Of a stretch of 24,000 bases of DNA, positions 23,109 to 24,000 are shown piece after piece. The notes below the pieces were generated by a model that made no database searches, was not told the DNA's origin, and was given only the letters and a program-made list of their open reading frames with translations. The position numbers and the translations under genes are program-made. The stretch's first letter is position 1; each line of letters opens with the position of its first letter. This DNA comes from an uncultured Planctomycetia bacterium (lineage in GTDB: Bacteria > Omnitrophota > Gorgyraeia > JABMRJ01 > CAYVIU01), in the NCBI GenBank assembly GCA_964451625.1, contig CAYVIU010000004.1:1-24000 (forward strand). Reading direction: 5' to 3'.

Positions 23109-24000
23109 CTACATTTGTATCTTTGGCCTTTACTGCGCGTATCGCTCTTTTTTTAGCCTTACTCAAGAATTCTAAAACCGGTTCTCTGAACTTTCTATAT
23201 TTAAAAGGAGTTTTTGGATGAAGCGGTATTTTTGACTTATAGCTAAGACTATTCAAGAGTTCTTTATTTAATTTGAGTCCGTATATCCTCTCGCCAATTT
23301 GGGTTTCATAGGAAATATCCCCATGCCCGTACCCAGCCTGGGGGATCCGTGATACCTTATGGAAATCATAGTCTATGCGGGAATTATTATAGCTCTCTCC
23401 TCCGTGCGCTATATGGTAAACATTCCCAATCTTAACGGCGCGTTTTGTTAAATTAAACGCGGCTAAACAGAAAACCGAATCTTTATGAGTCCTGGTAAAG
23501 GTCAAATCCTCCCGGAAGCCTCCTATTGAATCAAATAACTCTTTTGCGCAAAAAATAAAATCCCCTGATGCGCAATAAAACGGTGAGGGGTCATTGCCCC
23601 ATCTGTCTTTTAAGGCTGTATTGTTGATATCGCCTTCTTTTTCAATCTCTATCCATCCTGTGCGGTACAACGTCTTATTATCGAACCTGCCTTGTGATAA
23701 AAAGCCGATAATATCACTTCCGAAATAATCATTCGGATTGGTTATTAAGAGGTGCTCTCCCTTTGCATGCCGGGCGCCTACATTTTTGGCGTGGTATTCA
23801 TACACATTTATATAAGGGTTAGTGCAGATATAGCGATGAATACCATTATCTACAACATAGCAGGATGCCTTTTCGAATCTTCCGGCAATTTTTTGGGAAA
23901 GCAATTCCCGGGTAGATACGGGGTTCCACTCTACAAATATAATTTCATAGTCGATCTTCGCCTTTTCCAATTTATCTACATTATAAGAGAGTGTTTGAAA
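23077..24000 (-). CDS. GT-A-fold (family 2-like) glycosyltransferase, partial; the 5' end lies beyond the window
   Basis: The track starts it at a TTG (23970), but the frame stays open to base 24000 (..FQTLSYNVDKLEKAKIDYEIIFVEWNP). YEIIFV.., AKNVGARHAKGEHLLITNPND and CAKELFDSIGGFREDL resemble the nucleotide-sugar-binding and acceptor regions of GT2-type enzymes. Specificity is unknown. Confidence 0.5.
   Translation of the reverse strand, partial: FQTLSYNVDKLEKAKIDYEIIFVEWNPVSTRELLSQKIAGRFEKASCYVVDNGIHRYICTNPYINVYEYHAKNVGARHAKGEHLLITNPNDYFGSDIIGFLSQGRFDNKTLYRTGWIEIEKEGDINNTALKDRWGNDPSPFYCASGDFIFCAKELFDSIGGFREDLTFTRTHKDSVFCLAAFNLTKRAVKIGNVYHIAHGGESYNNSRIDYDFHKVSRIPQAGYGHGDISYETQIGERIYGLKLNKELLNSLSYKSKIPLHPKTPFKYRKFREPVLEFLSKAKKRAIRAVKAKDTNVVDNLVLDDKI

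Noticed and set aside
23968-23970. TTG at 23970 as the true start of the glycosyltransferase-like ORF
   Set aside because: The frame remains open upstream to base 24000 and has no SD. The N-terminal part of a GT-A domain (the region preceding YEIIFV) would be missing. I therefore treat it as a partial CDS running off the window.
1-24000. A novel multi-gene system (defence, toxin-antitoxin, secretion, BGC or mobile element) somewhere in the window
   Set aside because: Every ORF above about 70 aa on the coding strand is accounted for by a recognisable housekeeping family, apart from one 70-aa membrane protein and a partial glycosyltransferase. There are no integrases, transposases, terminal inverted repeats flanking genes, or compositional breaks visible by eye. 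Claiming such a system would be unsupported.

Overview
This is a compact housekeeping region. Every gene I can support, about 31 CDS, lies on the minus strand, and many neighbours abut or overlap (ATGA, TAATG, TAAATG, TAGATG junctions). In minus-strand reading order (high to low coordinates) the genes are:
- a partial GT-A-like glycosyltransferase
- thrS-infC-rpmI-rplT, then ktrB-ktrA, then pheS-pheT
- a promoter-to-terminator unit that folds like a 6S-type RNA
- rarA
- a small operon: RseC-like protein, a 70-aa membrane protein, Nfu, and a MetV-like Cys-rich protein
- nifS-nifU, a Na/Pi cotransporter, and 5-formyl-THF cyclo-ligase
- rny, interrupted by an in-frame TAA
- ymdB, nfnA-nfnB (SudBA/GltD-like pair), xseA-xseB, and dxs, which is nearly full length and runs off the window start

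All three stop codons terminate recognisable genes, so the code is standard. GGAGG-type ribosome binding sites are common. The gene content (NfnAB, MetV-like protein, NifS/NifU, RNase Y with YmdB) suggests an anaerobe, probably uncultivated.

I found no defence, mobile, toxin or biosynthetic system and no CRISPR array, tRNA or rRNA. The points worth a second look are small-scale:
- the candidate 6S-like RNA
- the premature stop in the essential gene rny
- a recurring hairpin-with-duplicated-arm architecture in several intergenic spacers, two of which share a GGGGACACTT core
- inverted heptanucleotide tandem repeats bracketing the 5' end of pheT
- domain-minimised PheT and ThrRS
- ktrBA inserted into the conserved rplT/pheS junction
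- an orphan MetV-like/Nfu/RseC-like operon driven by an apparently leaderless promoter
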